A stretch of 64,000 nt of DNA, taken from NCBI GenBank assembly GCA_002104905.1, contig MCFE01000427.1, positions 1 to 64,000 of the forward strand. Reading direction: 5' to 3'. The stretch's first letter is position 1. Each line of letters starts with the position of its first letter. The notes beneath the pieces were generated by a model. It made no database searches and was not told the origin of the DNA. It was given only the letters and a program-made list of their open reading frames with translations. This document shows, in pieces, positions 48,561 through 61,367 of the stretch. Position numbers and translations under genes: made by a program. Origin of the DNA: Basidiobolus meristosporus CBS 931.73. Taxonomy: Eukaryota > Fungi > Basidiobolomycota.

Positions 48561-50065
48561 TAAATTTTTTGAATCAGGAAGTATTATCTGAATCCCAACG
48601 TCTTGCACTATCAATCTTGGGTACCGAGGCTATTTATGTTGTACAAGTTACAATCACTGCGAGATTTTGTGGATGACATACATGTGATGGAAGTGGAATC
48701 ACCGGTTTGTTTGTAAAGAAATCAAGTATCTCTATTGGAGACCCTTATATTACTATCAAATCCACCATTGCTTACATGAATATAAAAATGGATTTATAGG
48801 AAGGATGAAGGGAATGTACAGGAGCTCCACCTTAGCCCTTGCTTTAGTGAGTAAAATGAGCAAGATGAGCCTGGTTTTACATTGTAACATATCAATAATG
48901 CTGCAAAAGCCAAGGCACTATCTTATCAATGTAGGGCATTTTTGCCATCAAGGTGCAACAAACCTGCTTCAGGGGGAATTGATAATGGCTCAGAGCTAAT
49001 CATCATTTGTGTTACCAGACTTTCAAGGAGACTTGTATGAATATTTAATTAGTACTGGGTGTGGGGTTGAGAGTTATTTACAATATGGATGTGAGCACTG
49101 TCTGCTGGGAAGATGTTGTATTTGAATCAAGTGTCATGTTGCCAAGAAGTCTCATATCATAAGAGTAATATATGACTCTTGATGGTGTACCAAGGCCTGT
49201 CTTTATCTTCTGTGTAGGATTCACATGATTTCATCCATACATCATTTACCTCATATTTGTCCTGCTTGCATAAATTTCTCTATATGTTGCAATCTGGTTA
49301 GGATTCACTTTGTTGTCACTGATATGCTATATTTAGATCCATCAAATATTCAAAAAGGGCCTGTTGATTGCAAGTTACTTTGTTAATTTATTCTTTGGCA
49401 TGTTTGATGGGCATATTTTGTTATCCTGAACCAATGCAACTTGGGCTGTGATGGTGCTATATCTATGTGGTACTGATCCCTTATCTAGATGCTTATAAGG
49501 TATAGCCAGTTAGCTTTTCTTACAGGATTATTTATTTTATTCTCACTGCATTGAAGTAAACTTTATCTCACAATAATTCTGCGGAAACTTTGTAAATGGC
49601 TGATGATTGAAGAACTGAAGGTAGGCTTATAACATCTCATTTGAGAAGTAAGTACATGCTGCTGGCATATAAGGCAAAGCTTGCACACTAATGTTAGTTG
49701 CCGCTGGTACCTACTATTGTACACCTCTATAATTGTTGTAAAAATTCGTATTTCCACCTAAATATTCACCTAACTTAGTCACTTAGATCATCACCTTCAA
49801 ATCCTAGAGAATACTGACCAAATTCCTTGTTGGGATTTACTTAGAATATTTACCCAGAACATGAAAATTTGATAAGTTGTCCAAACAGCCCCAAACTTTG
49901 CACACATGTTCTTGGGACCTTCCTTAACCTATTCTACGGGTTTGTAATGCCAAGACCATGTAAAAGTATAAATACTACTTTTACATTCAATAAATCATTA
50001 AGTGAAAACCACATAATCTACTTGTTCTCCCAATCACTTCCAATATCTCCAAGACTCTTACAACA

Positions 50066-50077
50066 GGTTATGAGCCC
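50066..50077 (+). promoter_or_regulatory. Primer-binding site GGTTATGAGCCC (copia half-tRNA-iMet type)
   Basis: Directly abuts the 5' LTR, resembles the Drosophila copia GGTTATGGGCCC PBS, and contains the gag ATG. Confidence 0.75.
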
Positions 50078-53000
50078 CAAGCTGTCACTCTCTGCAATGT
50101 CTACTACTGCTATTACTGGAATTTTTCCCTCTGCTGAAAAGTTGGATGGATCTAACTACCAAGTGTGGAAGGTGAAGATGAAGATGCTGCTACAAGAAAG
50201 AGGCCTTTGGGATATTGTCATGGGAGAAGAATGCCCTCCTAAAAACATGGGAGAGGAAGCCTTAAAGTACCAGAAGAAAGAACAAAGTGCCTTTAACTGC
50301 ATTTGCCTTAATGTCAAGGACAAATTGCTAATTCAATGCTCAAGAGCAAAAACGGCAAAGAATGCCTGGAAGGCATTAGAAGACACCTACCAGTCATGTT
50401 CAGCTGCCAAGAAAATGTATCTGAGAAGAAAATTCTTTACTACAAAGATGCTGCCAGGAGAAGAAATGAAAAATCTAATTAACAGAATTACCCTGCTGGT
50501 AGATGAGATGGAATCTGTGGGCGTACCAACTACTGATGAGGATGTGATAGTTACCATCCTGAATAGCCTGACAGACGAGTTTCAGGGCCTTGTATCAGCC
50601 CTAGAGTCCAGAACTGAAGATTTGACCTTAAATTACGTATATGGAAGGCTCCTGGATGAAGAATTAAGAAAATCAAGCGCCAATAAGAAGGAAGAAGAAA
50701 ATGCTTTAATAAGCAATGATAACCAACAAAGGAGGTACCCAAGACCCTACAAAGGCAACAACAACCTATTTTGCAACTACTGCAAAAGGAAAGGACACAC
50801 ATCAGACCGGTGTTTCAAAAAGAGAGATTATCAGCAAAAGAAGCCTGAATATGGAAATGCTGCAACAACTGAAGATAGACTATTCATATCTGCACTAAAT
50901 ATGACCACAAACAAGGATTCTCAGACGTGGTATATTGACTCTGGAGCTTCCCAACACTTTACACACCAAAAAGAACTTTTTACCCAATATCAAGAAATTC
51001 CAATTAAGAAGGTTTTCATGGGTGACAATAGAACACTTGATGCAGTGGGAGAAGGAACTATCCAAGTAAACCTTAGAAGCAGTGAAGGAAGCCATACACT
51101 GACCTTTAAAGAAGTACTCTATGTACCAGAAATAGCCAAGAACCTACTCTCTGTAAGCAAGGCCACAGCAGAAGGACTCAGTTTCAGTTTTAACAATTCT
51201 GGATGCAGGATCACTGATCAAAATGGTGCCCATATTGCTTCGGGCATCAGAGATCAGAATCTATACAAGTTGACTTATATTCCATCATATCTGGAAGCCA
51301 ATATAAGTAACTTAAATGAAGAAACACCAATGCTTTGGCACAGGAGATTTGGACACATCAATTTTGATTATTTGCGTAAAATGATCAAAGATCAGCTAAT
51401 TTCTGGAGTGAAAATTGATCCCCCAGCTATTTTGGAGCACTGTGAAGCCTGCATATATGGGAAACAAGCCAGACAACCGTTCAAGAGCTCTGGGTTAATC
51501 AAAACTAAGAAAAAATTAGATCTAATTCACTCAGATCTGTGTGGACCTATGCAAAATTTATCCTTAGGTGGGATGAAGTATTTAATCACTTTTATTGATG
51601 ATTATACAAGATACACATGGGTCTACTTCATGGAGAGAAAGGAAGAAGCTCTGTCTAAGCTCAGGGAGTTTAAAGCCATGGTGGAGAGAGAAACTGGTGA
51701 AAAAATCAAGAAAATACGCTCTGACAATGGTGGAGAATATACCTCAAAACTCTTCATCCACTTCTGCAAAATTCATGGGATAAAGCAAGAGACTACTGTA
51801 CCATACTCCCCACAGCAAAATGGAGTAGCAGAACAAGCTAACAGATCAATAATTGATATGGCAAGATCTATGATCCATGATCAAAAATTATCCTATGATA
51901 TTTGGGCGGAATCAGTTGCCACTGCTGTATATCTTAAAAATAGGAGTTATAACAGAATACTTCGTGATTCTACTCCATTTGAAGCATGGTATGGATACAG
52001 ACCAAGTGCAGAACATCTAAGAATATTTGGGTGTACAGCATATGCCAAAAAACTGGCCGGAAATCAGTCAAAATTTGAGCCAAAAAGTGTAAAATGCATA
52101 TTTTTGGGCTACTGCAATGAGAGTAAGGCATACAGACTCTACAATACCAAAGCAAAGAAGCTGATCAAGTCCAGGGATGTGTTGTTTGATGAAAATTCAA
52201 AATTTTCACAAAAAATGACATCAGATGATGACGAAAATTTGATCTCAAGTCCACCAATTGTCAGGATTGAATCAGAGCAAAACAATGAAAATTTTTTCAC
52301 TCCAGAGGACTCTACAACCATGGTTCAGCCAGAATCAGTGCCCAGGAATATCCCAGAAGTGATCATTCCAGTATCAAATGCCCGGAGATCCAATCGGACA
52401 AGAAATAGCCCAAATTACTATATCAATGAGGGTACAAACTTAGCCTATGCCTATTCAGTCCATGTTGATGAACCCCAGACTGTAAAAGAGGCCCTAAATA
52501 GCCCTCAGACGAAGTTTTGGAGATCTGCAATGACTGAGGAATATCAGGCACTGATGGAAAATCAAACTTGGGACTTAGTCAAATTACCAATCAACCGAAA
52601 ATCAATTGGATGCAGATGGGTCTTCAAGACAAAATACAAGGCTGATGGTACAATTGAAAGATACAAAGCAAGACTTGTAGCCAAAGGATACTCTCAAACA
52701 AAAGGACTTGACTATACTGAGACCTTTGCACCGGTAGCCAAGTTTAATTCCATCAGATTAATATTGGCTATTGCAGCCAAATATAAGTTTTTTATTCATC
52801 AAATGGATGTAAAAACTGCATTTTTGAATGGAGAACTTGATGAGGACGTGTATATGGACCAGCCTGATGGGTTTGTTGACCAAGATAACCCCCATTTGGT
52901 CTGCAAGCTTAAAAAGTCACTATATGGTCTCAAACAATCACCGAGAGCCTGGAATTGCAAGATAGATTCTTATTTGGAATCTTTGAGTTTCAAAAGGAGT

Positions 53001-54042
53001 AATGCTGACTATAGTATATACTATAAGCCAGATAGAGCAAATCCAGTTCTATTAGCTCTATATGTGGATGATCTTATTATAGCCGCCAATAACCTAGAAA
53101 CATTGGAAGAGACTAAATCCAGCCTATCTAAGGAGTTCAAGATGTCCGATCTAGGAGAACTTAGTTACTACTTAGGGATTAAGTTCTCCATAGACAGAAG
53201 TACCCAGACTAGTACCCTAAGTCAATCCAAGTATATTCAAGATATACTAAAGAAGTACAAAATGGAAGACTGTAAACCGGCAGCTACCCCAATGGAGACA
53301 AACCTTAACTTGGTCAAAACTCAACCAAATCAAGAGAGCTTGGTGCCATCTGAAAGCCCTGACTTTCCTTATCAATCTATGGTCGGCAGTCTGATGTATA
53401 TCATGCTTGGAACATGTCCAGATATCTCATATTCAGTGGGAGTAGTCAGCCAACATAATCAGAATTATGGATCTGATCATATTGCAGCAGTTAAGCGGAT
53501 TTTTAGATACCTAAAAGGAACTGCTGATATCTGCTTAAGATACACTTATAAGGATTCAGAACAGGATCTTGTGGGATACTCTGATGCTGATTGGGGACGA
53601 AATTTGGAAGACAGAAGATCTACCACAGGATACACCTTTCTTTCACTGTAAAGGAGCCATTTCATGGAATTCAAGAAAGCAACCAACCGTAGCACTTTCC
53701 ACCACAGAGGCAGAGTATATGGCAGCCTGTGAAGCTACAAAAGAAGCAATGTGGTTAAGAAAGCTCTTTACAGATTTAGGCCTATGTCAAAAAACGCCTA
53801 TTACTTTATTTCAAGATAATCAAGGATGTATACAATTAGGTAGAAATCCAACTTTTCATGCTAGAACCAAGCACATAGATATTAGACATCATTTCATACG
53901 TGAAGCTATAGAGAATAACTTAGTTAGCTTAGTTTACTGTCCTACAGATGAAATGATTGCAGACATATTTACCAAACCATTAGCTAGAGACAAGTTTGAA
54001 TATTTTAGGTCAAAATTAGGACTAGTCAGTATGAACATTTAG
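50070..54042 (+). CDS. Copia gag-pol polyprotein (gag, zinc knuckle, protease, integrase, RT, RNase H) with one +1 frameshift at ~53644
   Basis: CNYCKRKGHTSDRC knuckle, WYIDSGAS protease, HRRFGH…CEAC zinc finger, SDNGGEY, LYVDDLII, GYSDADW. RNase H continues in the 53569-54042 frame. Confidence 0.95.
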
Positions 54043-54044
54043 CT

Positions 54045-54053
54045 GAGTGGGAG
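54045..54053 (+). promoter_or_regulatory. Polypurine tract GAGTGGGAG
   Basis: Immediately 5' of the 3' LTR; the same motif precedes LTRs at 3857 and 8663. Confidence 0.8.
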
Positions 54054-54688
54054 TGTTGTAAAAATTTGTATTTCCACCTAAATATTCACCTAACTTAGTC
54101 ACTTAGATCATCACCTTCAAATCCTAGAGAATACTGACCAAATTCCTTGTCGGGATTTACTTAGAATATTTTCACCAAAATACCAGGTACCCAGAACATG
54201 AAAATTCTCAAAGTTGTCCAAACAGCCCCAAACTTTGCACACATGTTCTTGGGACCTTCCTTAACCTATTCTACGTGTTTGTAATGCCAAGACCATGTAA
54301 AAGTATAAATACTACTTTTACATTCAATAAATCATTAAGTGAAAACCACATAATCTACTTGTTCTCCCAATCACTTCCAATATCTCCAAGACTCTTACAA
54401 CAATAATTACACTTAGTTATTTCATTAGCTTGTTGCCTAGACTATTTGATATGAGTCTTAGAATACCCTATACAAATTATTTATCAATAATTACTTGCAA
54501 TATTGCTCACGCAATAAGCAGATATTTAGTGTTGTAAGAGTTTTGGAGATATTGTAAGTGACTGGGAGATAAAGAAAACTATGTTGCCTTAACTTAATGA
54601 TTTATTGAAAGCAAAAGTAATATTTGTACTTCTACATGGTCTGGAAAAAACCATTCCAAATATGCTCAGGAAGGTTGCAAGGTCAGGT

Positions 54689-55020
54689 TGTTGTAAGAGT
54701 CTTGGAGATATTGGAAGTGATTTGGAGAGCAAGTAGATTAGGTGGTTTTCACTTAATGATTTATTGAATGTAAAAGTAGTATTTATACTTTTACCTGGTC
54801 TTGGCATTACAAACACGTAGAATAGGTTAAGGAAGGTCCCAAGAACATGTGTGCAAAGTTTGGGGCTGTTTGGACAACTTATCAAATTTTCATGTTCTGG
54901 GTAAATATTCTAAGTAAATCCCGACAAGGAATTTGGTCAGTATTCTCTAGGATTTGAAGGTGATGATCTAAGTGACTAAGTTAGGTGAATATTTAGGTGG
55001 AAATACAAATTTCTACAACA
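54689..55020 (-). mobile_element. Young solo LTR, family A short subtype (332 bp), inserted in an older inverted LTR-A
   Basis: Reverse complement of 49734-50065, with a perfect TSD CAGGT (54684-54688 / 55021-55025). Confidence 0.95.
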
Positions 55021-56388
55021 CAGGTGTGCTAAGTTTGGGGCCGCTTGAGCAACTTTGAAACCTTCATGTTTTGGGTACTTGGTGTTTTGGTGAGAATATT
55101 CCAAGTAAATCCCAAAAGAAACTGGGGTAGAATTCTTTAAGGCTTGTAGAAGATGATTCAAGTGACTAAGTTAGGTACGTATTTAGGTGTAGCTATAAAA
55201 TCCACAACACAAAGGGTGAGGGATGATGGACAAGCTTTCAAATCATGATAGCATTAAGGCCTTTACTCATTTCAAGAATATGCTGAATATAGAGAACACA
55301 AAGCACTTGCTTTTAGCACTTGTATCTGTCAATATAGCAGTAGCACTTGCTCCATTCAGAAATGCAAAGTCTTTCCTTAACAATTCTGCTACTACACTAT
55401 TAATTTTTTAATCAGCACCACCTTGCTAAGAGCTTGGATTCAAGTATTGCTCCCATATTTAATAATGAAGGCATTAGGGAAGGGTATACTAATACAAGAC
55501 ACTGTTGCTAGATATCAGTAGATGCAACATTTTCACGCATATGTTGTATCCTAGACATTAAATGGACAAGCATAGATCAACACTCGGACTACCTTGATAC
55601 TCTGATCCTATACATTTCACAATTTCATTTATAAGTATGCAGCAATTTTGTAGATTGCAAATACACTACATGGGGCACTGGCATTTGATTTCATCTAATA
55701 AAAAAGTGCTTTCTCGGTATATTCACCAGAGTGCTCTTAACTGAGCTTCAGCTAGAAACATAGTATCAGAATCACTTATTCCTCAGAGATGTGGAAAACC
55801 TCAGTCTGTAATCTCAAATAATCGATAGTAGATTCCTAACAGCGAGTAAACAGGGTTAGGGTTAAATGCTCACTAAATCCCATGATATCGAGTATAAAGC
55901 TAGTTGCGTGCGCCAATACATTCTTCTTGAGATCATACAATCCAGCACCCGATATATTCAATCAGCAAACATTATTGCCAAAGACTCATTTAAATTGATT
56001 TCAATAGGCGCAAAAGGTAGAGAAGAGCTAGGGAAAACAAGAGCCCGAATGACAATATCTTATTATACCATGGGAGTGGTGTTATCCACGCTATGCAAGT
56101 GAAAAGTGAACGCCGAAGAATAATGGCCAGCAATAATCGATTCCAATAGCACAGTTCAGAGGGATACAATATTTCGGGTCAAAAGCCTGATCCTTACAAA
56201 TGTTTGCCACCAAAGCTACATGAAGGTCAGTTAGCTAATGCTTTTATTGTGCCATTACATTAAAGAGTGTAAAACACTACACATACATACCAAGAATTAG
56301 GCAGATAAACAGTGTGTTTCACAAGGTGTGTTTCACAAGGAATGCTTGTAGTATCCACTTGAAGGGTCCACTTGGCTCTGAAGAATAT

Positions 56389-57489
56389 CTACGCTTCAGG
56401 TTGATCACGAGTTGCGCAATGAATGCCTCCACCACCTGCTGCAATGTAGTCGATGTTCAAGGGAACAATTTGTCGACCAGGGAATACACCTCGAAGAACA
56501 TTCTGCGCCGCCCTATCCGCCTCTGCATCCCCAAACTCCGGCATGATAATGGCTCCATTAGCAATGTAGAAGTTAGCATAGGAGCCTAGGAACGAGTCCC
56601 CGAACACCTCCAGGGACACTTCATCTGTGGCTCCTTCGGCGGGCATCCCCCTGATTTTCTCGTAATCTGGCTCAGGCAGTTGTATGATCTTTAGTCGGTT
56701 CCCCTTTGCATCGGTAGCTTGAGTCAAGACTTGCATGGCTTGACGATATTGCTCGGCCCAGATGGCAGAGTCAGGGTCATTCTTTCTGGCTGGCCCTGGA
56801 CGACTCACTACCACAACACCCGGTGCAACAAACCGAGCCAAGGTGTCCACATGCGAGTCGGTAATATCCTTCCCTTTGACTCCCTTGAGCCAGATGACCT
56901 TCTGGATGCCAAGCTCAGACTTGAGCTCCGTTTCGATCTCCTTACGACCCATCCCAGGATTGCGGTTGCTGTTCACGATGCTGCTCTCTGTCACTAGTAG
57001 CGTCCCCTGGCCATCGGTCTCAATGGCCCCTCCTTCGGCAACAAGAATAGATCGGAGTCGAGGGATTTTGTAGTGAGCGAGATAGTTACGTGATGCACTC
57101 CCATCATTCTTGCGGTACCTGGATGGGATTTTCATTCCCCAGCCATTGAAGTTGTAATCAACGCCAATCGTCTCCTTTCCCTTGGTAAGAAACAGAGGCG
57201 CAGTGTCCCGAGTCCAAAAATCATCCACAGCAATGGGGATCACCTCTACCTTGTCTCCCAAAGCCTTTTTAGCGTGGTGGATCTGATCAGGTGAGACTAG
57301 AACTTGGACTGGCTCGAAACGGGAGATGGCTTGCGCTAGCTGAGCAATGTTTCTTTGAGCGCCAGTAAGTAGATTTCGCCAGATGTATGTCGACGCAGGC
57401 CAAGCCATGATGGTACGCTTGTGCGGCTCCCATTCGGGGGCAATGCGGTAGCCAGTAGGCGCTTTGGTTAGGGGCTTGTTCTTGCACAT
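56389..57489 (-). CDS. aguA: Agmatine deiminase / Porphyromonas-type peptidylarginine deiminase family (366 aa from the ATG at 57489), intronless
   Basis: PEWEPHKRTIMAWP, DDFWTRDTAP, EGGAIETDGQGTLL, TDSHVD, SYANFYIANG, GGGGIHCATRDQP (catalytic Cys). The TTG start at 57582 in the ORF track is less likely. Confidence 0.92.
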   Translation of the reverse strand: MCKNKPLTKAPTGYRIAPEWEPHKRTIMAWPASTYIWRNLLTGAQRNIAQLAQAISRFEPVQVLVSPDQIHHAKKALGDKVEVIPIAVDDFWTRDTAPLFLTKGKETIGVDYNFNGWGMKIPSRYRKNDGSASRNYLAHYKIPRLRSILVAEGGAIETDGQGTLLVTESSIVNSNRNPGMGRKEIETELKSELGIQKVIWLKGVKGKDITDSHVDTLARFVAPGVVVVSRPGPARKNDPDSAIWAEQYRQAMQVLTQATDAKGNRLKIIQLPEPDYEKIRGMPAEGATDEVSLEVFGDSFLGSYANFYIANGAIIMPEFGDAEADRAAQNVLRGVFPGRQIVPLNIDYIAAGGGGIHCATRDQPEA

Positions 57490-58971
57490 ACTTTTGGATA
57501 TGAGGAAGTGGGAGATGGAAAGTAGTATATATACATACCAGGATCGGAGGGATTTCCATATTTGGGGTTTATCCACCGCCAAGCCTCTAATAGATCAACT
57601 GGTCAACAATTCGTACAAGAACCTTTACATGAATTTTACCCACTGTACACAAATGAAGTTCATTGGCTCACGTAATTGCTATATTTGGCTTATTTCCCAA
57701 CGCTTATGACATGCAGCATTGGTGATCATAGAAGAGACTATGAGTGGGCCATAATTGGCTATCCACAAACTGGGCGGGTTTTCTTGAAGGCACTTCCAAA
57801 TTTAGCTAGCAAATGATTATAGATGGAAGGTGTTGAGATGCTACCAGTTGTAGAGAGACCCTGCCAGGATCCAAGTTTCTTTTATTGGTGAAGAATGGCC
57901 AAAGTTCAATGGCAAGTTCAAGGACCCAATCAATACTAGCTTATATCGTGGAAGATTGCTCAGTAACCCTAACAAACCCTTCACGCATTCATCATCCCAT
58001 GCTTACTTCAAGACTCCAAATTTAACAAAATCAATTGCTATCCACCTCTGCCAGAATATTTGAGGTGTTGTGATTTGTAATCCGAGCTTGGTGATAATCA
58101 ATGTTTTACTAATTTTTGTGAACGGAGATATGGCTGATCAAGCAGAGAAGTGATATCTAAATAAATGATCTAAAGGTTAGTTGACTTTTAGTTTCATAGT
58201 CGGTCCAATGATTGAATGGTAGGCATATTTCATTAACTTAGTCACATGGATAATAGTCTACAAGTCTTGGAATATCTTACCCAAAATCTTTGTTAGTACT
58301 GGCTTTGGAATATCAGGCACTCATAACATCAAAAATCTCAATGTTGTCTAAAAACCTCCAAACTTTGCACATATGCACTTAAGACAAAATAATAATTTTC
58401 ACCACTTTACTATTTAATAAATCATCAAGTGTGGACCAGAAAATCTGCTTGTTCTCCCAATCCCTTTGAATATTCTAAGAACTCTTACAGTTGACCAACA
58501 ATCAGTTGCCTTAGCCTTTATGCTAAATGTTATCCTACCAATGCTGCAGGCATGATAGGTTTGATAAGCTTACAGCCAAGAATAGTCTGAGCTAAGTATT
58601 ACTATGCTTTAGTGGGAGATGATCTACTGGACTAATTGGTATATACAAGTGTCATTGGTGAGCCTTTGCACATCTGTATGATATATTGCAAGACTTGAGG
58701 GAGTATTGAAAGTGATTTAGAAAACTACAACTGCATGATATTCACCTGTTATTTTATTAGGCTCAAATAATATATTTATACTTCTAGAGGAACTTTGTAA
58801 AATGATAAGAGTATTTTGAGGAAGGTTCCAGGACACTATATGCAAAGTGCGGGGCTTCTGTACAGACTTAAAGATATAAATGACTCTCAGACCTTCACTA
58901 ACAATAAGAATTAGCAAAGTTCTTACAAACTAAATCCTAAGGGATTTGCAACTTAGCAATAAGCCAAGTGG

Positions 58972-59668
58972 TGTTGTGCATCAACATTTAAAACTTAGCC
59001 AATTTTACTCTGTTAGAAAATCTAGTACCCCAACTGATTTTCCCTAACCCAAACATAACTAATCCCAGTTATGGCTTGTTTTATCTCATCTTGGAATATA
59101 TGTTAGCTGTCACACCTGATCAGTTCTCATGTGGCCATTACATTGACCACTTATTTGCCAAGCCTTCTGAGGTAATTAGTCATCTGAGATCTATCCAACA
59201 ACTTAGCAGTTGTCAAGAAATCAGCTGATTAATGATGGAACTTTCCTTTATCTTATACACCTATCAATATTCACACAGATTTCAATTAGTCCAGTCTATT
59301 GACACTTACTAATTCAACTTGATCAAAAAAGTATAAATAAAGCTTACTGGACCTTTGGTTTAGTGTGAGTTTCATCAAAATTAAGATTGTGTCTTAGCAA
59401 AATTAGGAATTCAAAAACAGCATTCTAATTTCTACCCAAGTCTAGCATACCTAGCACACCCAAGAACACCAAGCCTAGCCTGCATAGAAAACCAACTCTA
59501 TTGCCTTTATAGCCAAACCCAGCTCTATACAATACCAATATTAGACTAGTACCTCTCTGCTAATATTTCTGCCACTCTCTGACAATTCTAAGATTTTGCA
59601 CTTTGTTGTCACTTAGGTTCAGTTAGACCATTCAAGAGTTTTATTACACTTTTCTCTTGGGTACAACA
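58972..59668 (+). mobile_element. Solo LTR, family C (697 bp)
   Basis: TGTTGTGCATC…GTACAACA; flanks AGTGG/GGTGG (5-bp TSD with one mismatch); homologous to 60671-61367. Confidence 0.85.
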
Positions 59669-60670
59669 GGTGGAATCATATGCTATATGAGAGGTTTAGG
59701 TGTAAGCATTACAGCATGATTATTGTAGGCCTGTCTTGCAAATTTATGGACTTCAGAGCTACTTGTGATACAATACCCAATACATATAGCCAAATTATGT
59801 TGGAGTTGGCATATTCAACATCACTCATAAAGTTATCTGAGCTGCAAACAGGGCAGTAGCTTGTATACAACCAATGATGCTATGGGATCAGTTTAGTGAG
59901 GCTCTGTAGTCAACTAGAGTCACTGAGTCATTATTGTTGTAAATCAGATTTTGCATCAGATTTTGCAGCATTTATACATGAGATACCACTTTGTTTCATG
60001 TAAGTTACTAATGCCGGCTTAAACTGTTGTAAACATCTGTAAATCCACATAAATAATCATCTAGCTTAGTTACTTACATCAATACTTGGAAATTTTACAG
60101 AATACTAACCAAATTCCTTGTTGGAATTTACTTGGAATATTTACAACAAAAATATCAGGTACCCAAAACATGAAAATTCTCAAAGTTATCAAAGTAGCCC
60201 AAGGCTTTACACACATGTTCTTGGGATCTTCCTATATATACTCTGTAGGTTTGTTTTGCCAAGATTGTGTCATAGTACAAAACTATGCTTACATTGAATA
60301 TATCATGAAGTGAAAACCACATTATCTACTTGTTCTCCCAATCACTACCAATATCTCCACAAATGTTACCACATAAACATCAATCACTATTGTGTCAAGA
60401 AGCTGCATTGAGATAATAATAGCAGTATTGCAAGCAGTAAGCAAATACTTAGATCTCTCTCTATTACTTCAATTTTCACTCCATCTTGATTTGTATGCAT
60501 ATGATGGCAGCTGTAATACCTTCATACAACAGTATGGTATCTACAACATCACCAGCTAAATGCCATCAAACTTTCACAATAAATGGGAGTATTATTGCAT
60601 TCACCAGTACCATGACCTCATATGCCATTGTAATACTACTTGAGTCATAGTATATTTTGAATGAACCCCC

Positions 60671-61367
60671 TGTTGTGCATCAACATTTAAAACTTAGCCA
60701 ATTTTACTCTGTTTGAAAATCTAGTACCCTAACTGATTTTCCCTAACCCAAACATAACAAATCCCAGTTACAGTTGATTTTATCCCACCTCAGAATCTAT
60801 TTTTAGCTATCACACCTGATCTATTTTCAAATGGTCATTACGTTATCAACCTATCTGCCAAGCCTTCCCAGGTGATTAGTCATCTGAGATCTATCCAACC
60901 ACTGTGCAATTGCCAAGACATCAGTTGATTGATGATGTAATTTTCATTTATCTTATGCACCTATGAACACCCAAATTGATTTCAATCAATCCAGTCCCTT
61001 GGCGCTTACTAATTCAACATGATCAGAAAAGTATATATAAAGTTTACTGAACCTTTTGGTTTAGTGTGTGTCTCAACAAAATTAAGATTCTGTCTCAGCA
61101 AAAATAAGAATCCAACAATTCCGTTCTGGTTTCTACCCAAGCCTAGTATATCTAGCACTCCAAAGAACACCAAGCCTAGCCTGCCTAGCAAACAAATATC
61201 ATTGACTTTATAGCCAACCCAGCTATATCCAAGACCAATATTAGATCAGAATCTTTCTGCTAATATTTCCACCACTCTCTGACAATTCTAAGATTCTGCA
61301 CTTAATTGTCCCTTTGGTTCAGTTAAACCATTCAAGAGTTTTATTACACTTTCTCTTGGATACAACA
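60671..61367 (+). mobile_element. Solo LTR, family C (697 bp)
   Basis: TGTTGTGCATC…ATACAACA with a perfect TSD CCCCC (60666-60670 / 61368-61372). Confidence 0.9.

Larger units (their letters stand above)
49734..54402 (+). mobile_element. Near-intact full-length Ty1/copia retrotransposon, family A
   Basis: 5' LTR 49734-50065 (332 bp), 3' LTR 54054-54402 (349 bp), perfect TSD ATAAT on both sides, PBS, PPT and gag-pol present. Confidence 0.98.

Noticed and set aside
49869-50069. N-terminal extension of gag-pol in the ORF track, and similar LTR-derived ORFs (8712, 22878, 54589)
   Set aside because: Starts at a non-ATG codon inside the LTR; the real start is at or after the ATG at 50070.
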